A stretch of 55,283 nt of DNA, the filler included, from Platydemus manokwari (Eukaryota), in the NCBI GenBank assembly GCA_037951405.1. It is 5 parts of 5 records of this genome, joined end to end, with 100 filler letters (N's around TTAATTAATTAA, not from the genome) between each part and the next. Parts side by side here need not be neighbours in the genome. Positions count along the whole stretch, not along the records: positions 21,246 to 30,961 come from JBBMOY011213878.1; positions 31,062 to 42,621 come from JBBMOY010598882.1; 3 more parts are not named here. The stretch is one strand, 5' to 3'. The translations under genes and the position numbers were made by a program. Positions 26,044 to 40,179 of this stretch are shown here, in pieces. The first letter of the stretch is position 1, and the number at the start of each line of letters is the position of its first letter. The notes below the pieces were generated by a model. It did no database searches. It was not told the origin of the DNA and saw nothing but the letters and a program-made list of their open reading frames with translations.

Positions 26044-26895
26044 TCACTAATTGTTTCGATTTGTGAAATTACTTTGATGATATCAAACTAAATGGTAAAA
26101 TCATTGACCTTTTCATGTTGCTAAGTAGAGACGGAGTATTGCAAAAGAAAAACAATTTTGAACCTTTGAATCCATATTTTAGAACTTTAGGCATTCCCAT
26201 ACCTACGCAACCACACAGACATACTAATCAGCCAATCATAGTTGAGTTAGATGGAAAACTATAATTATGAAAAGTGACGTAGCTACACAGAAGGACATAG
26301 ACATACCTACCAATTCCACACATACAAGAACCAAGTTTTCAATAGAAACATGTAAAAGTAAAGATCAAATCAAAATGTGATACAATCATAACACAGACAA
26401 TTATACATAGATTTCAAGTATGAATACCGAGGCAAACGAGCCAAGTGACAGTTGGAATATCATTTTTTGTTGTTTTTTATGAGACATTGTATTGAATTTG
26501 AACTGTGCTGAGTAGTACGGGTAACAGTTATAATCCAAGTTTGATTAGCATCGTTGTGTCATTTTAGTATGTTGGAAATAAAGCTTACAACCATCTTCTT
26601 GTTTCGATTCAAATTTTGGCTTTATTTTTCCAGTTTTTAAGTCTGTTTTCCTAGCTCGTTTTGGTTGATTTCGTGTGGTTGCAACTCCTTCAGCAACTCC
26701 TGTTACCACAATTAAACCTACTATAATTTGATAAGAAAATCATCGAATAAATTTAAATGATTCTCTCCATGGTGTTTGGAATCTTTACTCCATTATATAC
26801 TCGATCTCCCAAGTTTGATAGAATATTTTAGCCTCTACCTTTACCATGTCTTCCAAAAAATGATTCTGAATCTATAGCAAAAATTTCTGCTTATT

Positions 26896-27440
26896 TCAGC
26901 AGGTGTTGCATTTATTGGGATTTTCAAATTCTGTACTATTACAATTATTATAGATTTCTCTGGTGTAGTAAGCAGACACTATTTCCTGGTTTTGCTTTGT
27001 AACACAATCATCAAAAATTATCAAATTATTTTTAGCTTTACTTAAATCTGATGGGTTTATAATTGCATTAAATTTAGTAGTCATGGTTATTGTTATATTA
27101 TTTTTTCTGGGATTAACAATATTGTTTCATAGAGTTCACAAATTTCTCTAATAGATAAATCTTCATGAAATCTATCCAGATCTTTAAATATTTTTATAAT
27201 ACTTTCTTTTGATAAACCATTTGTAAATCCATGATATAAAATTTGATATTCTTCTTGATAAACAGTTTTTGAAAAAATTATTAAATTATCATGATCTAAG
27301 AATCGTGGTGTTAATAACATTTTAAAAAGTAATTGAGTTTTATCACATTCTGAAAACCCAACAATTGACTTTCTAGATGATGAAGAAATATTTAGATGAT
27401 TATTACATTTTATTTTATTTCTTTTTCAAACAAAAGCCAT
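26896..27440 (-). pseudogene. Polinton/Maverick (adintovirus-type) A32-like packaging ATPase remnant
   Basis: ATG at 27440; degenerate Walker A IVGFSECDKTQLL (consensus G.SGCGKT); MLLTPRFLDHDNLIIFSKTVYQEEY; Walker B region NPSDLSKAKNNLIIFDD..AYYTR (consensus YY.RGRH); disrupted by stops. Confidence 0.8.
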
Positions 27441-27899
27441 TTTTAGATTTCTAAATTCCCAATTAACTTTATTTTGAAATTCCCTAATAATAATTTTTGA
27501 ATTACTTTGATCTACAAAATATAATCGAAGGATTATATTTAAATATTTAAAAATGAGTAAATTCGCTGAAGCTGGAAATGGAAAACGATATTTTTGTCTG
27601 ATGTTTTAAATTTGTTGTAGGACAATTTAAATAAATTTAGTACTGATTGTCATCCATTCAATCCTGTTCATAATTATATGGGTTAAAATGGGATCGAGTG
27701 TTGATTCAAACTCAATGCTGTAGCACCTTTAAATTGGGGTTTGAAATTGGTGTTGAGAGTTCCAACCCGATTGGTGAAATTATTTATTGGACCTTATTTT
27801 CGGAAAAACGAAAGTGTGTAACGTTAACTACTGTTTAAAAAATTGAAATTTTGAAGTACAATTAGTCTTATCTTGTATATTCAGATAATAGTGTAGTGG

Positions 27900-28475
27900 A
27901 GATTTTCTCAGGTAAATTTAAAAATTAACTCGCAAGAAGAACAATCAATGATAGCAGAAGAAACAAGGATTTTTTTTTTCAAAATGCTGATCTAGTACAC
28001 AAAAATGGTCCACGAATTGCCGTTTTAAAGTTTAGTTTTTTAGACAAAGAATTGTCCGCATGTGTTGATAGACTTGAATAAAGAGGTGATATCATTCAGT
28101 ATAAGATATTAAACGAAAAGGCAGTTCAAATAGTTGATTAAAATTGAATACAAAATTTTAAATCCTCAAAAGAGTGATTAAGGAGTTATAAGGAAAGAAA
28201 TTGATGGAGGCTAATAAATCTGCAAGATTTATCATATACTATGTCAACCATACAGACTGATGATTTTTTAATGAACTTAAATCTAAAATTGAAAAATATG
28301 GACCTAAAAATGTTTACAAATCTATTCAGTATAAATCAATGTGTAATAATGTTAGGAATGGTTCTGAAATATTGTAAGAAATAATATCAGTTTTATTTTG
28401 TGTAAAAGTAACAGAAAGTCATAAATTAAAAACTGTTGTTATAGGTAAGTTTTCTAAACCAAATTGTTTTAAATA
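27900..28475 (+). mobile_element. pogo/Tigger transposase fragment
   Basis: CENP-B-type HTH remnant LDKELSA.VD..EKA.QI..NFKSSK.*LRSYKER, then IEKYGPKNVY and ISVLFCV..ESHKLKTVVIGKFSKPNCFK (Tigger consensus TVLLC.NA.G.HKLKPL.IGK..PRCFK). Confidence 0.75.
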
Positions 28476-28519
28476 ATTGCTTTAAAGAATGTTTAAATAA
28501 TCATTTATGTAGATTTGTG

Positions 28520-30270
28520 AATGTTCATGAAGAGAAATGCATTCTTGTTCCAAAATAGGCTCATTGGAAATTGAACATTGCACATAGTTCTGATCTTGGA
28601 TATACAATGTTTGATTTGACAATTCCATTTATTAGGTGTTTAACTTTGTATTTGACATCTATTATTTGGTCATTGCTTCAATCGTACCAGAGCATATCCG
28701 TTATTTGCTTTAAACAATGAATAGGCTGTTATAAAATCTCTCTTTTCTATGTTTTGCATATCAGCTTAAAATACCCCATAAAACTATCCACTTTTCAGTC
28801 AACACGATCTCCCAACAGCACATAAATAGCTAATATTACTCATTTATTATTATGGATTCTCCATTCTACTTCCGTCATATCGCGACCCTTGAACCTGACA
28901 TCAAACAATTTAAATATTCTATCTAGGTTAAAAAAAGATATTTCAATGCCCTTTATATGCCTTTCAATGCATTCCTTACTCGGTAAGACCAAAATTCCAT
29001 TCTTCTTCATATAACTCATTCCAATAAATCATTCTAGGAACAGTTCCGGCACTACATCAAAATATTAAAATAATTCTTCTGCGCCAATTACAACTCTTAA
29101 ATAAACCTGTCAGGACGATTTTATTAATGATCCATTTTCATATCTTAGCCTGTTAGGAGACCTCCTCATTTTGATTGAATCATCATTTTTCATTAATCTA
29201 TTAACTAAATATTCGCTTATTACATTAAGCACAGCTCTCATATCAAACAGGATCATAACTCTTTCATGTTCAACTTTACAATTGACTATTAGATTATCTT
29301 TTGCATTTTTGGTCTTCGGTTCATTATAACCTAACCTACTTTTGTCAACATTCCAGTCAACCATATCGTACATGTTGCAATCTTTCTCCGAAAGTGAATT
29401 TATTTTCGAAATATTGTCCTCTTCTAATTGTTATGCATCTTTTCTAGGTATTTAAATATTTGATATCCCTGACATCTATACGACAAAATATTTGCAGATG
29501 GGAACCACCAAATCGAAAATATTCAAGTATCTTACAAAAACGAGCATAACGTACTTTCTGTTAAAACTTGACACAAACTACGTTCTACCTTTAGCTCTCT
29601 TGTAATTTGATTGTCGAAGAGTTTCGGAGCTATTTCAATTGCTTCTGCTCAAATAATTAGCTCTTATTATCAAGCCCTTTAATGAATTTCTTCTTTGTAA
29701 ACACTTCCTTAATCTCCATATTAACTCAAACCATGGAAATTTTAAAATTTTTTAAAAAATTTTTGAAGTTTTTGATAGACTCTGACGGCCGTTGATAAAG
29801 TGCCCCACCCTATAACTTATGTGGTGGGATTTGTGGACTTCTTTTTCTTTATGTATATATCGATAAGAATTAACTTCGTCGTAATTAACTTCTCGAAATT
29901 GAACGCCAGTTCTAGTCTATTGTCGGACATTCGAGGATCGAGAGTAAAACACTTTTTCAGTTTCTTTCTATTTAGACCCTGCAGAATAAACAGTCTTAAA
30001 ATTCATTTTAGACTATTTTTCTTGTCAAACAAATAGGAAACAAGCTTCTTTACCCGAAATTCAAAACTGCGGTATTTTTATCTATTATTTGCTGTATTGC
30101 TGCCAAATCCTGAACCTTGTTGTACACTGTTTTTGCATGTAAACAACTTTCCAAAAACCATTTCTCAATTTCTTTGGCTCTAGTTAGAGATATAGTTTTG
30201 GCCTGGTCGCATTGAAAACATCAGTTGTTCCCATCAATATTTATTAATTTAAAAATCATACGGGCTTCTT
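28520..30270 (-). mobile_element. Second degenerate Gypsy fragment (gag, protease, possible start of RT), related to the 22269 element
   Basis: Protease remnant VMILFDMRAVLNVIS (LFDTGA-like) in ORF 29110-29373; reverse complement of 30040-30130 is clearly similar to the first element's gag DNA at ~22635-22725; no LTR found. Confidence 0.7.
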
Positions 30271-30299
30271 TCAATATTAAAACAAATACAATTTTTTAA

Positions 30300-30961
30300 T
30301 CCAACTGAAACAGTCAAAGATTTTCCTCAGAAATTATTTCAAGGAGAAAATTGTATAAAAGAATTTTTTTTGATGTACAGTAGACAATGACAACAGATTC
30401 AAATTAAATCCAAAATCAAAATTTGGAATTGATATGACAGGATAACATGAAAATAACTTTAATAATTCAACGAACTGTATATACTGTACAAGGGATTTCA
30501 TTGAACAAACAATAAAAGTTAGAGATCATGCTAATTATCCTAGCAGCTACATGTAAAAAATGTAATTTATTAGCGAGGAACCCAAAATATTTTCCATTAT
30601 GTTTTCATATTGGTTTTAAATATGATTTGCACCTAATAATAAAGGAACTTGCAAGGAAAGCATAGAAAATCTGAAAATATTTCCGTTAAATGAGAAATGC
30701 GTATCTCTTTTAATTTTGATTGTTTAAGATTTACAGATTCATTAAGATTATTTCAAAACTCTGGATAAGATAAGTAAATCAATGAAAAATGAAGAATTTC
30801 TTTATTTAAGAAAGGACTCTTCTGAACGTTATTAAATCATAAAAGAACAAAGTATCCTTATGAATATATAACATCATTTGAAACATTAAATCAAATCAGA
30901 TTATCAACAATAAAATGTTTATTAAAAATTAAATTTAAGTGTAATAACAGAAAAAGAGTAT
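30300..30961 (+). pseudogene. Polinton protein-primed DNA polymerase B remnant
   Basis: FQGENCIKEF; CIYC..KVRDH..ATCKKCNL; FHIGFKYDLHLIIKEL (consensus HNL.GYD.HLIIKEL); LRFTDSLRLFQNS; YPYEYITSFETLN; frameshifted; runs into the gap. Confidence 0.8.
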
Positions 30962-31061
30962 NNNNNNNNNNNNNNNNNNNNNNNNNNNNNNNNNNNNNNN
31001 NNNNNTTAATTAATTAANNNNNNNNNNNNNNNNNNNNNNNNNNNNNNNNNNNNNNNNNNNN
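30962..31061. other. Artificial scaffold spacer
   Basis: 44N + TTAATTAATTAA + 44N. Confidence 0.95.
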
Positions 31062-34000
31062 ATGATCCATCATTGACGATTAAAGGCCCTAAGAGATTGG
31101 CGAGCGATGTAAGTAATTACCAGTATAAAAAATTAGTCATTGGCTAAAAATAAAGCAATTAAATAATTTAAATCCCAAAATAATATCCCAGGAAATATAA
31201 AATTAATAATTAGTTTTCCCAGAATAATTTAAAAAGTATAAATAAGAATGGAAACTTAACACTACTTCCATTTTGGAAAGTACTAAGAAACCCCAATAGT
31301 TGCAATCACTGTAGCCAATTATTGAAACGTGAAAAAAGAAGTCCATTACTTCTAAGCCGGAAGCTAAGCCTACGAAGCTATCAAATCAATAAGAGCACTA
31401 TATCCAACAGTACTATTGTAAGAGTTGTTTTGCAATCTCCAAACTGCAATAAGAAGATTTATTGAGTGTAAACTAGTAATATAAACATCATAAAAATAAT
31501 AATAATAAATAAATAAAACAAACATCACGAAAATAAATAAATAATAATCAATAGGTTTCGAAAGCATCTTACACGGTTATCGTGGTAACCTTTGAAAAAT
31601 GATTAAAAAACTAAAAGGGAAAACACTAACATACATATAAGAGCGGTTAGGAAAACGTGAAAAAGTATAAAGACTAGCACTGAATTATAAGAAATCGAAC
31701 TAAAGTTTTACAAGACAAATCTCAACCAAAAGGCAGCATTTTAATCAGAATATATTATTCTTAAACTACGATCATAGCCATTAGTAATTTTCTTTCTATA
31801 ATTAATACTGTAATAAATTCCGTAAAGGAATTATTATCTCAAGTAACGTTTGACTTATTTCTCCTTCTTTAACATTCTTTACCTCCATTGTTGAGTGGCA
31901 TTAGTTACCAACACTGGTTGTTTTACATCTTCAAGGCATAACAATTTCACACAAAAAATTTGATCACATCACACATTTGTAATTAATATTATTGTATTAT
32001 AAATTCATTTTATTGAAGTTATCATTATGTCTTATTCAAATTTATTTAATTAATACAACAGACTATACAGGTAGAATCATCATAAAATTCCAATGGTGTT
32101 GTTCTTATAAAATATAATTGACAATTTAGAGTTGTCTTTTATTCTGTATCTACAAAATTAAGCTCAAACAAATTGTGTCGATTTTACATCAATTGTAAGA
32201 AAAACTAATTAACTTACGTTGTTCTAATATCTGAGAGATCATCCTAATTGTTAAATTATTCATTTTGTCTTTATTTTATAATTCAAGTGCATTTGTCCCA
32301 TAAATTAAATTTTACCAAACAAAATATGCTGTTCTCAGTCAACATATGGAACATCATCTCATTGTACTAAAAAGTCATCGTCTTTTAAGTGAAGGAAGCT
32401 TGTTCAAGGATAAATAATAAAAATAAGATTGATTAAGTATAGTATTAAATACAGAACCTTATTTAAATACGGCGTTCGTAAATAAATACTTTAAATATAC
32501 AAGCATCTCAAGTGACACTGGTTAAGATTCAATATTTTAAATTAAATTACCTTTAATATATAATCAAACAGTTTTTCCAAAATATCAAATTTACATATTT
32601 ACATTGTATGATCAACGCAAGGTAAAACCTGAATTATTAAGGAAATTTTGAAATTAATGAAAATTTCAGTATTGCAGTAAACAAATAATAAATACTTAGC
32701 AAAATCAATTAAAGGCGAAATGCTTAAACAACTACTTTAGCAAATAAAATAGTAAGTCAAATCAAACGAACATATCCTACCATCAATAACAATAGTTGAT
32801 TATTCTTGAAACTGTTCAGTGAGCCAGTAATAATAAACAGCAATTTAACCTAACGAAAACTGAAGCAATTGTTAATTGATACCATACTTCCCGCACAGAA
32901 GAAATTTTTAATGCAATTCAAAACCAGGTTTATTCTTAAACAGGAAAAATAAAAACAAATCAACCACGTAAATGCCTGGTATATAACTAAGTTTAACTCA
33001 CTATCTTGACCATTTTTCATAACACACTCGGGAGCCATTATTCTCCGTTTGCAACATTACAAAGATTATTCTTTAGTACAAAACTATTATAACCATAAGT
33101 ACCGTATTACACATTTGTTATTTTCATTTATTTATCGCTTTATATTTTGAGGTTATTTCAAAGTTTTAGAATTGATAATAAATTTTTTTGTATCACAACA
33201 ATATTAAACATAATTATAAATATATTATGGAAAATTTATTTGAATGAATTTTGTTGGAATAAATTACATTCCAAAATAGATTACTAGTGTTAATATGTCA
33301 ACGCTTAAATATTCTTAGCAATATCAATAATAATTTGTGGATATTCATAGTGTCAATGGATGGTCAATTAAAAATCAAACTCAAACGCACTTGACCTCAA
33401 AACACTTCATTACCCCAGACATCAATCAAGCAAAATAAGTCCCAAACATAATTCAAGATAAACTTTATAAAAGAATTACATTTTATCCTATACGTGATTT
33501 TATTTCTCATATATGGAATCAAACAATTTCAACACGCCTAAATCAAAGGAAATCAAACAGCATCATCTCAAAGTGATTTATTAAATTTTGAATTCGCCAA
33601 TGAGATTCCATTTGATTATTGAATAAAATTTTTGAGCAATTTTCTTAAAGAAGTTATAATAGTTTGGAAAGATCATATTTTACATTTATTATAAATAATG
33701 CCAAAGATCACCTAATTATATTAATTAGGTAATATGACACAGAATATGACAAATCAATTAAATATTTTAAAAGTTTTGTGAAAATAAAGTATTTTATTTG
33801 ATTTAAGGACCACGTCATTCCAATAAACTATCTATTAAATACACAGGGTTATTCATGGATACATATCAAGTCAGCAAAAATCGATCCAAAACATGTTATA
33901 AATTTGTTGAAGCGCAGTCCAACCAAAATCTCATAAAACAAATCCTTAAACAAATATATAAATCTTGTAAACAGATCAATCATCTCAAAACTTAGTTTTC

Positions 34001-37000
34001 AACTCAGAAACTCGTTAATTAAACTACAAATTCGATCTACAATTCCTTCAATACAATTTCAATCTCAAAACCATATACAAACGTGTCGTGCCAGACCAAT
34101 ATTGAGATTTACTCTACAACCAATTTTAACATTTTATTCAATATTTGATTGCTAACGTTATCAAACCTGCTCTATTTTATGATCAATTTTAACATTAAAT
34201 TTATACTTGATGATCAATTTTAATATTTTAAAGTATTTTTGTACTTATTTAAAAGAAACTATATAAAAATTGTTATTGAATAGCTTATTATATCTTATGA
34301 ATTTATTTTTAAGAAAGTAAGTTGGTTGAATTATGATGGCATAGAAATCAATTAAATAATAATTAACAGAAAAAATATTAATTTAAAATGACATTAAATA
34401 ATAATTAATAATATAAGGCAATAAATATGCAAAAAATTAACAATAATATGACAGTAAGAAAAGAATATTTACATAATTAAAGATCGACAAAACGGCCAAT
34501 TATATGACCCATGCATCGAAAGGACTATAAATATCAGAACCAAATCTCGATGATCACCTCACTGATCACTAAGCCAGCAAGCTTAATAATAAGAATAATA
34601 ATCAGAAATATTTCATTTATTTTACTGTTAGAATAAGAATTTTTTAATTAACCAAATCATAGGAATTTTGTGAATTTATTTTGCAAATCAATTGAGCGGA
34701 GAATAGTTAGGTTAATTTGTTATTTTTGTAAATATTTTTCGTAAATCATTTAACCACCATTAAATATTAATCTATAATCTAAAGTTAAATTCAACCTCAT
34801 CATAATCTAAATAATAATTTCCTTGTCTTTTCCGTCCGCATGGACTCCCAATAATTCACTTACGTGAGATATCGGATATTGAATGTTCATTTCTGTGTTC
34901 TATTTTAGTGTTTATGTATCTTCATTTTTAACGAATAAAATTCTAAAAATAGTTATTTTCTTGTTTACGGTTTTAGTAATTATAATACAGTACAATAAAC
35001 TATTACAGTAAATCGACCTTCACTAATACAATTTTATTTAGATAAATCAAAACTTGCCACATTCAATCTTTGATTATTACTATAAGCTTTAAATAAAGCC
35101 TATAGATATTTGTTCTGATATTATAGTCTTCAATACTTTCTATCGAAAACCTCAGTCATCTTTCAATGAATCTAATTTATTAAATATCAAATGATTCTCA
35201 TCTTTTGAAATATAGAATAAATCAACAATTTATAGATAAAACTATCAAGTTAGAAATTCCAAACTCAATATTAGAAAAAAATCAAAGCACCAAATAGATA
35301 AATCAACCAATTGCCTATATTCACTCAAATATTATATTTCAATTAGTTTTTTTTTATCATTTTATCTTGAATAACTAACACGTGTATTTCAATTATACTA
35401 CAATATTCACAAGAATTCTAGAAAAATCTTTTTCGTTTTCTAATGTTACTGGACACACACTTATTAATAAATTTTCATCTTAGGTGATTTAATTATTTTA
35501 TTTGTACTTGCTAATCTTAACACTATTGCTTTAAAACAGTAATTAAACTATTTGGTAAATTAAGAAACAGTAAAGAATAATATTGATAAATCCTTGACCT
35601 CTCAAAATATCATGGTTATGTACATCCAAAAAATATGGATCAATTAGATCTAGCTACAAATTTGAAGAAAATATAATAAAAAATTATTCATATACAAAAT
35701 GATTTTGGATTAGAAAATCTTTATTATAATTAAAAATAAAGTTATTGAAAAACTTAAATTTCGAGTTACTTAAGAGTAGGTCAAAATCTGCTTATTTAAT
35801 AATAACCCAAAAAAATTCATTTAACATATTTGAAACAAAATAAAACCATATAATTAACATAAGCACACACATACAACATAAGAATAAATCATTAAAAAGA
35901 TTTGAATAGTACAAAATTATGAAAAATATGAAAATTATTATTTAACATTAATGAAGACATTAATTATTAAATGACTCACGTGATCAAACCATAATCTAAT
36001 CACAACCTAAAAATTGTCACTATCAGTACAATATAAATTAAATTAAATTCCCAAGCAGCAGTTAAATCTAATTGAAATGTGAAATTTTGATAGGCCAATA
36101 ATAAGATAACGACAGATCGGGCGAGTGTGCGCGAACAAAAATTTAGTATAAATAACCTAACAAGGCCCTGATAAGAAATATTTAATTTGTCAGTAAAATA
36201 TCAAAATGAATGCATTTAAAAATAGTACGCTTTTTGGTGATAGGCGGACAATAAGAACGAAATATAATTCATTCATGATTATGACATTATTCTTAAATAT
36301 ATTAAATATAAAAGTAATAGATTGTTAAGCGGAATGAAATGTAAAAGTAAAAATAACGTGCTTATTTCAATAAATAATCTTGAACTTTGATATAAATTTG
36401 ATATAACAAAATGTTTATCTGAACAAATTGGTGTATTTAATAAAATAAACTAATTAATATGGCTCGAAAACATGATTAATATATTAAATAAAAATCAATA
36501 AAAGGACAAAGAATGATATAGAGCCGCATAAAAAACAAGTTTATGATAACAAGGTTAAATGATCAAGGTAAGAAATAACTAACAGAACTGTACCATACGT
36601 ATAAACCTCAACAATACCAATCGGTGTTTTACCAGACCCATATTTAGTACAAACCAAAATTACCAGACCAAATTACTACGAAAGATCTCCACAGTAGACT
36701 AGGATCAAAGCACAAAAACAGAACTGACTCCAATAATATAACACTATAATTAAATTGCATTTTCTAGTTATGGTCGACTGAATCACAATACTATAGAATC
36801 CAATCACAAGCATTTCCTATTTACAAATAATAAATAATATTACATTTGTTGTGCTTTTGCTTTATAGAAAGTGCCTTAGTTTCAAGATCATACTTTGGCA
36901 CCACGATAATCATTATAAACTATGGTAGAGTCATTAAACCAATGAATTCCCTAACACAATCGAGGAAGAAATGTAGACGCCAACCACAAGAGTTTAGTAG

Positions 37001-37317
37001 CTCAAAATCATTATTATACTCTAAATTGAAAAGTTACGACAAACACGGTAAATATATGATCATTTTCATATTTTTATTTATAACACGCAACCTATTTACT
37101 GCTAAGAGTCAGATTTTTGGTTAATAAATCTCAATAAATTTCTAATTATCGACAAAAAATGCAGATAAATTTTCTATGTTTGATATATCAGAGCACTATC
37201 AATCCATAGGAACCGGCAAAAGAAATCTTATTCAAATATAATAAAAACGATTTAAAACATTTATTTGTGAAAATGGCATGCGCAATTATACTAAAAGCGT
37301 TGGCAAACCATAACAGT

Positions 37318-37740
37318 CAAAACATAATCTCAATCAGCTTCAATGACAGTATGGGGGTGACGTGTAAAATTTTGAAACTAGCTTGTGAGCATAGCCTCCG
37401 ATGTCGACTCCAGATATTGGTGAAAATCGTTACTCACCTCTCCTGAAGTACTGAAGTTTTTTCCACGTCGGTAGCACTCGTAGTTCCTGAAAATAAAGCG
37501 ATCCATGAGGTTTGTGTCGAATGAGTAGGCCGGCTACTTTAATAGAGACACGCGATCTTCTTCAAGCCAAAGTCGAATTAACTGTGCTACGTGAGATCTG
37601 GCATTGTCATTCTAAATGACTACTTCCCAAACAGGTAGTCTTGTTAAAGTTTAAAATCATATTCTGCAGGCATGCCTCAACGTTGATGGATCCAACACCG
37701 TGAAGAATTTTGAAATACGTGAGTGATTTTGCATAGTTGC
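37318..37740 (-). mobile_element. mariner (DD34D) transposase C-terminal remnant
   Basis: Minus strand reads NDNARSHVAQLIRLWLEEDRVSLLK*PAYSFDTNLMDRFIFRNYECYRRGKNF; exactly 34 residues between the D of DNA and the last D; YSPDL-like motif. Confidence 0.8.
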
Positions 37741-38715
37741 TGGATATCAGATATTAGTTTTAATTGAAATTTAACCTATCATCGAACAGACATTGTGATC
37801 ATACAATATTTTTATTGTGATTGTAATTGGTTATAGCGGAATTTAGAACGTAATTGAACTTATTTACTTTAAAATATAAGAACTCATTTGTTGAGTTAGT
37901 GATATCACACATTACATTGTTAAAATTAGCCAAAACTTGACTGATTTTACAATAACAATTATTTATTCAATTTTGTTACTATTGAATTCAATCTTAGAAT
38001 CAGCAAAAGAAAATCCAGTATCTGAATAAAAAACTCACTGTGTACAAGCAATTTTTTCCCTTTGGATATATTACAATTGGATTAGAACTAATTAGAAAAA
38101 ACTTCAGTAACAGATATAGCACTCCCAATCTAATTTGGTTTCCATTAACAATAAATTTTCTAACTAATTTATTTAAATTAATCACACGCAACCTATGTTC
38201 TGAGAAGTATCAGATTCGTGATGCAATTTATTAAAATTAAATTTTATCATTAGCCTATCGTATCAATATAAATAAAAATAGATATTATCGATAATTTATT
38301 ATAGATAAATAACCAAAGTATCAACAAAAACATCTGACAAACACCATAAATATGTTTAGGCAGTTAACCACGATCAAAAAAGCAACCTTATAGAGAATAT
38401 TAAACTCAACTAAAGTAATGTGCGCAAACTGACCGAGTTTTATTGAGATCAATATTCATTAAAGCGTGGTGACACTTCATTCAAAATTCGTTGGCAATAT
38501 TAAATAAAGACTGCTCAAATATTATTCATCCACCCCGGGTTAAAACGAAATTTTGAAGATCAAACACTATGGATTAACAATCAAAACAACAATTGAAAGT
38601 CTAAGTAAAAAGAGAAACTGTAATATACTACAAATAAACCCAAGCATTCTACATTGAACGCCGTGAAAAATCCTAATGTACTTTTCAATAAAATTTTTAA
38701 TCAATAAAAATTTCG

Positions 38716-38838
38716 AATGATTGTTTTTATTCACACAAAAACGGATACAAAATGTGTCTTGAAGGGGTCCCTATAGAAAAGGGTCCATTTGATGATATTC
38801 TCGAGTGGCCTTTCAAAAATTATATCGAGTTTTCTTAA
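38716..38838 (+). pseudogene. TRAF MATH/TRAF-C domain pseudogene fragment
   Basis: NDCFYSHKNGYKMCLEGVPIEKGPFDDILEWPFKNYIEFS* matches the TRAF motifs FYT...GYKMCL and KG.(F/Y)D.LL.WPF; the intervening strand segment is missing and a stop follows. Confidence 0.75.
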
Positions 38839-40179
38839 ATAAAAAAAACAAATTGGACTATTCTATGTAACATCAGAAAAAATTCCAATAGTCTCAATAG
38901 AAAATATGGATTAAACTAGCAAATGCAATAATAAATGGAATTAGTTATTATTTTATTAAATGAGTAATAGCTTGAATTATTAGATATCGTTAACGATAAA
39001 GTGAGATTTCTTAGTCTTGCTTACAAAATAAATAAAATTCGTTTTGTATTTTCAAGTAACCTACCTTAACAAATGTCTCTAATGCATTCTTTTACTTTGT
39101 TATTGTTGACAAATTTTACATTAATCATAAGTGCGTTACTGTGTCAAAAATTTCAATAATTGACAGTTAAAATCTACATCAACTATTAATGCTTATTAAG
39201 TTTCAAAGTTTCAAGTTATCCACAAGAAATCAGAAATGTATATCAGCAATATTTCAATTTTTAACAAAGCAGAAGCGAGTGAAATCGTAACCTAAATAAT
39301 GAAATTTAAAAAGTAAAAATTTTAACAATCAATATTATTATCAATAGCTACTTTAAAATTTATTTTAATAATAATTAAAAGAATTTCAAAAAAATATTTA
39401 TTTATATTCAAAATTAATCAATTAAAATTGCAATAAATTTGATTCTAAAAGTCAATGAAATTCCGGAAAAAGTATTATAAATATCAAAAAGTTAGTAAAA
39501 ATTTATTATTAAGAAAAATCAATATTCGTGTGTATGAAAATAAGGTAAGTGAAAAACTGAAAACGAAAAAAATGTTAAACCAATAAATTTAAGGACAAAA
39601 TGAGAAAACAAATTTAAATTAAAAAAAACAAGACAATCATAAAATTAAATATTAATAATAATTTTAAAATAGTGCGAGACTCTTCAATATTCACCTAAAT
39701 GATATCTTGTATAGTCTTGTATCAGAATTTCAATGAGTAAAGCTGGACTTCTTAATTAAAACAAAAATGCTAAAATTCAGGCCGCCCAGTAATCCTGGTT
39801 AATCTAATTGATTTTTCTCATCGTAATCAATTGTTAGATATCCATTAACGCTAAATATTCAAAATTGTAATTATAATCACAAGGTTAGACAGATAAGTCA
39901 AATTGTCAATATTCCTACTCTAAATCACGCTCAAAGAACATAGTCAATTAACAATGGGATCAGCACCCAAAAGATAAAACAATGACAGAAATAACGATTA
40001 TAAAAGATTGGTCATCACCATAATCACACAAAAGAATAAGATAGATATAAAGTTACCGACCATAAAAGACTAGCAGATGTTCACGAGAATTAGCTCCTTT
40101 AATAGGATTTTCGTAGGGGTTCACCTATCATCTTGTAGTTTTAGCTTTTTATTCGATAAAACCGTTTACACACTAATAT

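Noticed and set aside
26190-26415. Helitron-like end and weak similarity to 13290-13390 (CTCAA...TGATTGGCTG)
   Set aside because: Similarity too short and no CTRR/hairpin end identified.
31880-31960. Minus-strand KQPVLVTNATQQW resembling a JmjC N-terminal motif
   Set aside because: In-frame stop just upstream and no acceptor covering the full motif context.
32850-33080. Intron-like gtgagt..tttaag on the minus strand
   Set aside because: Splicing yields stops in all phases.
37200-37240. SIGTGKRNLI as a P-loop/helicase motif
   Set aside because: Lacks GK[ST], is followed by a stop, and no other helicase motifs are nearby.
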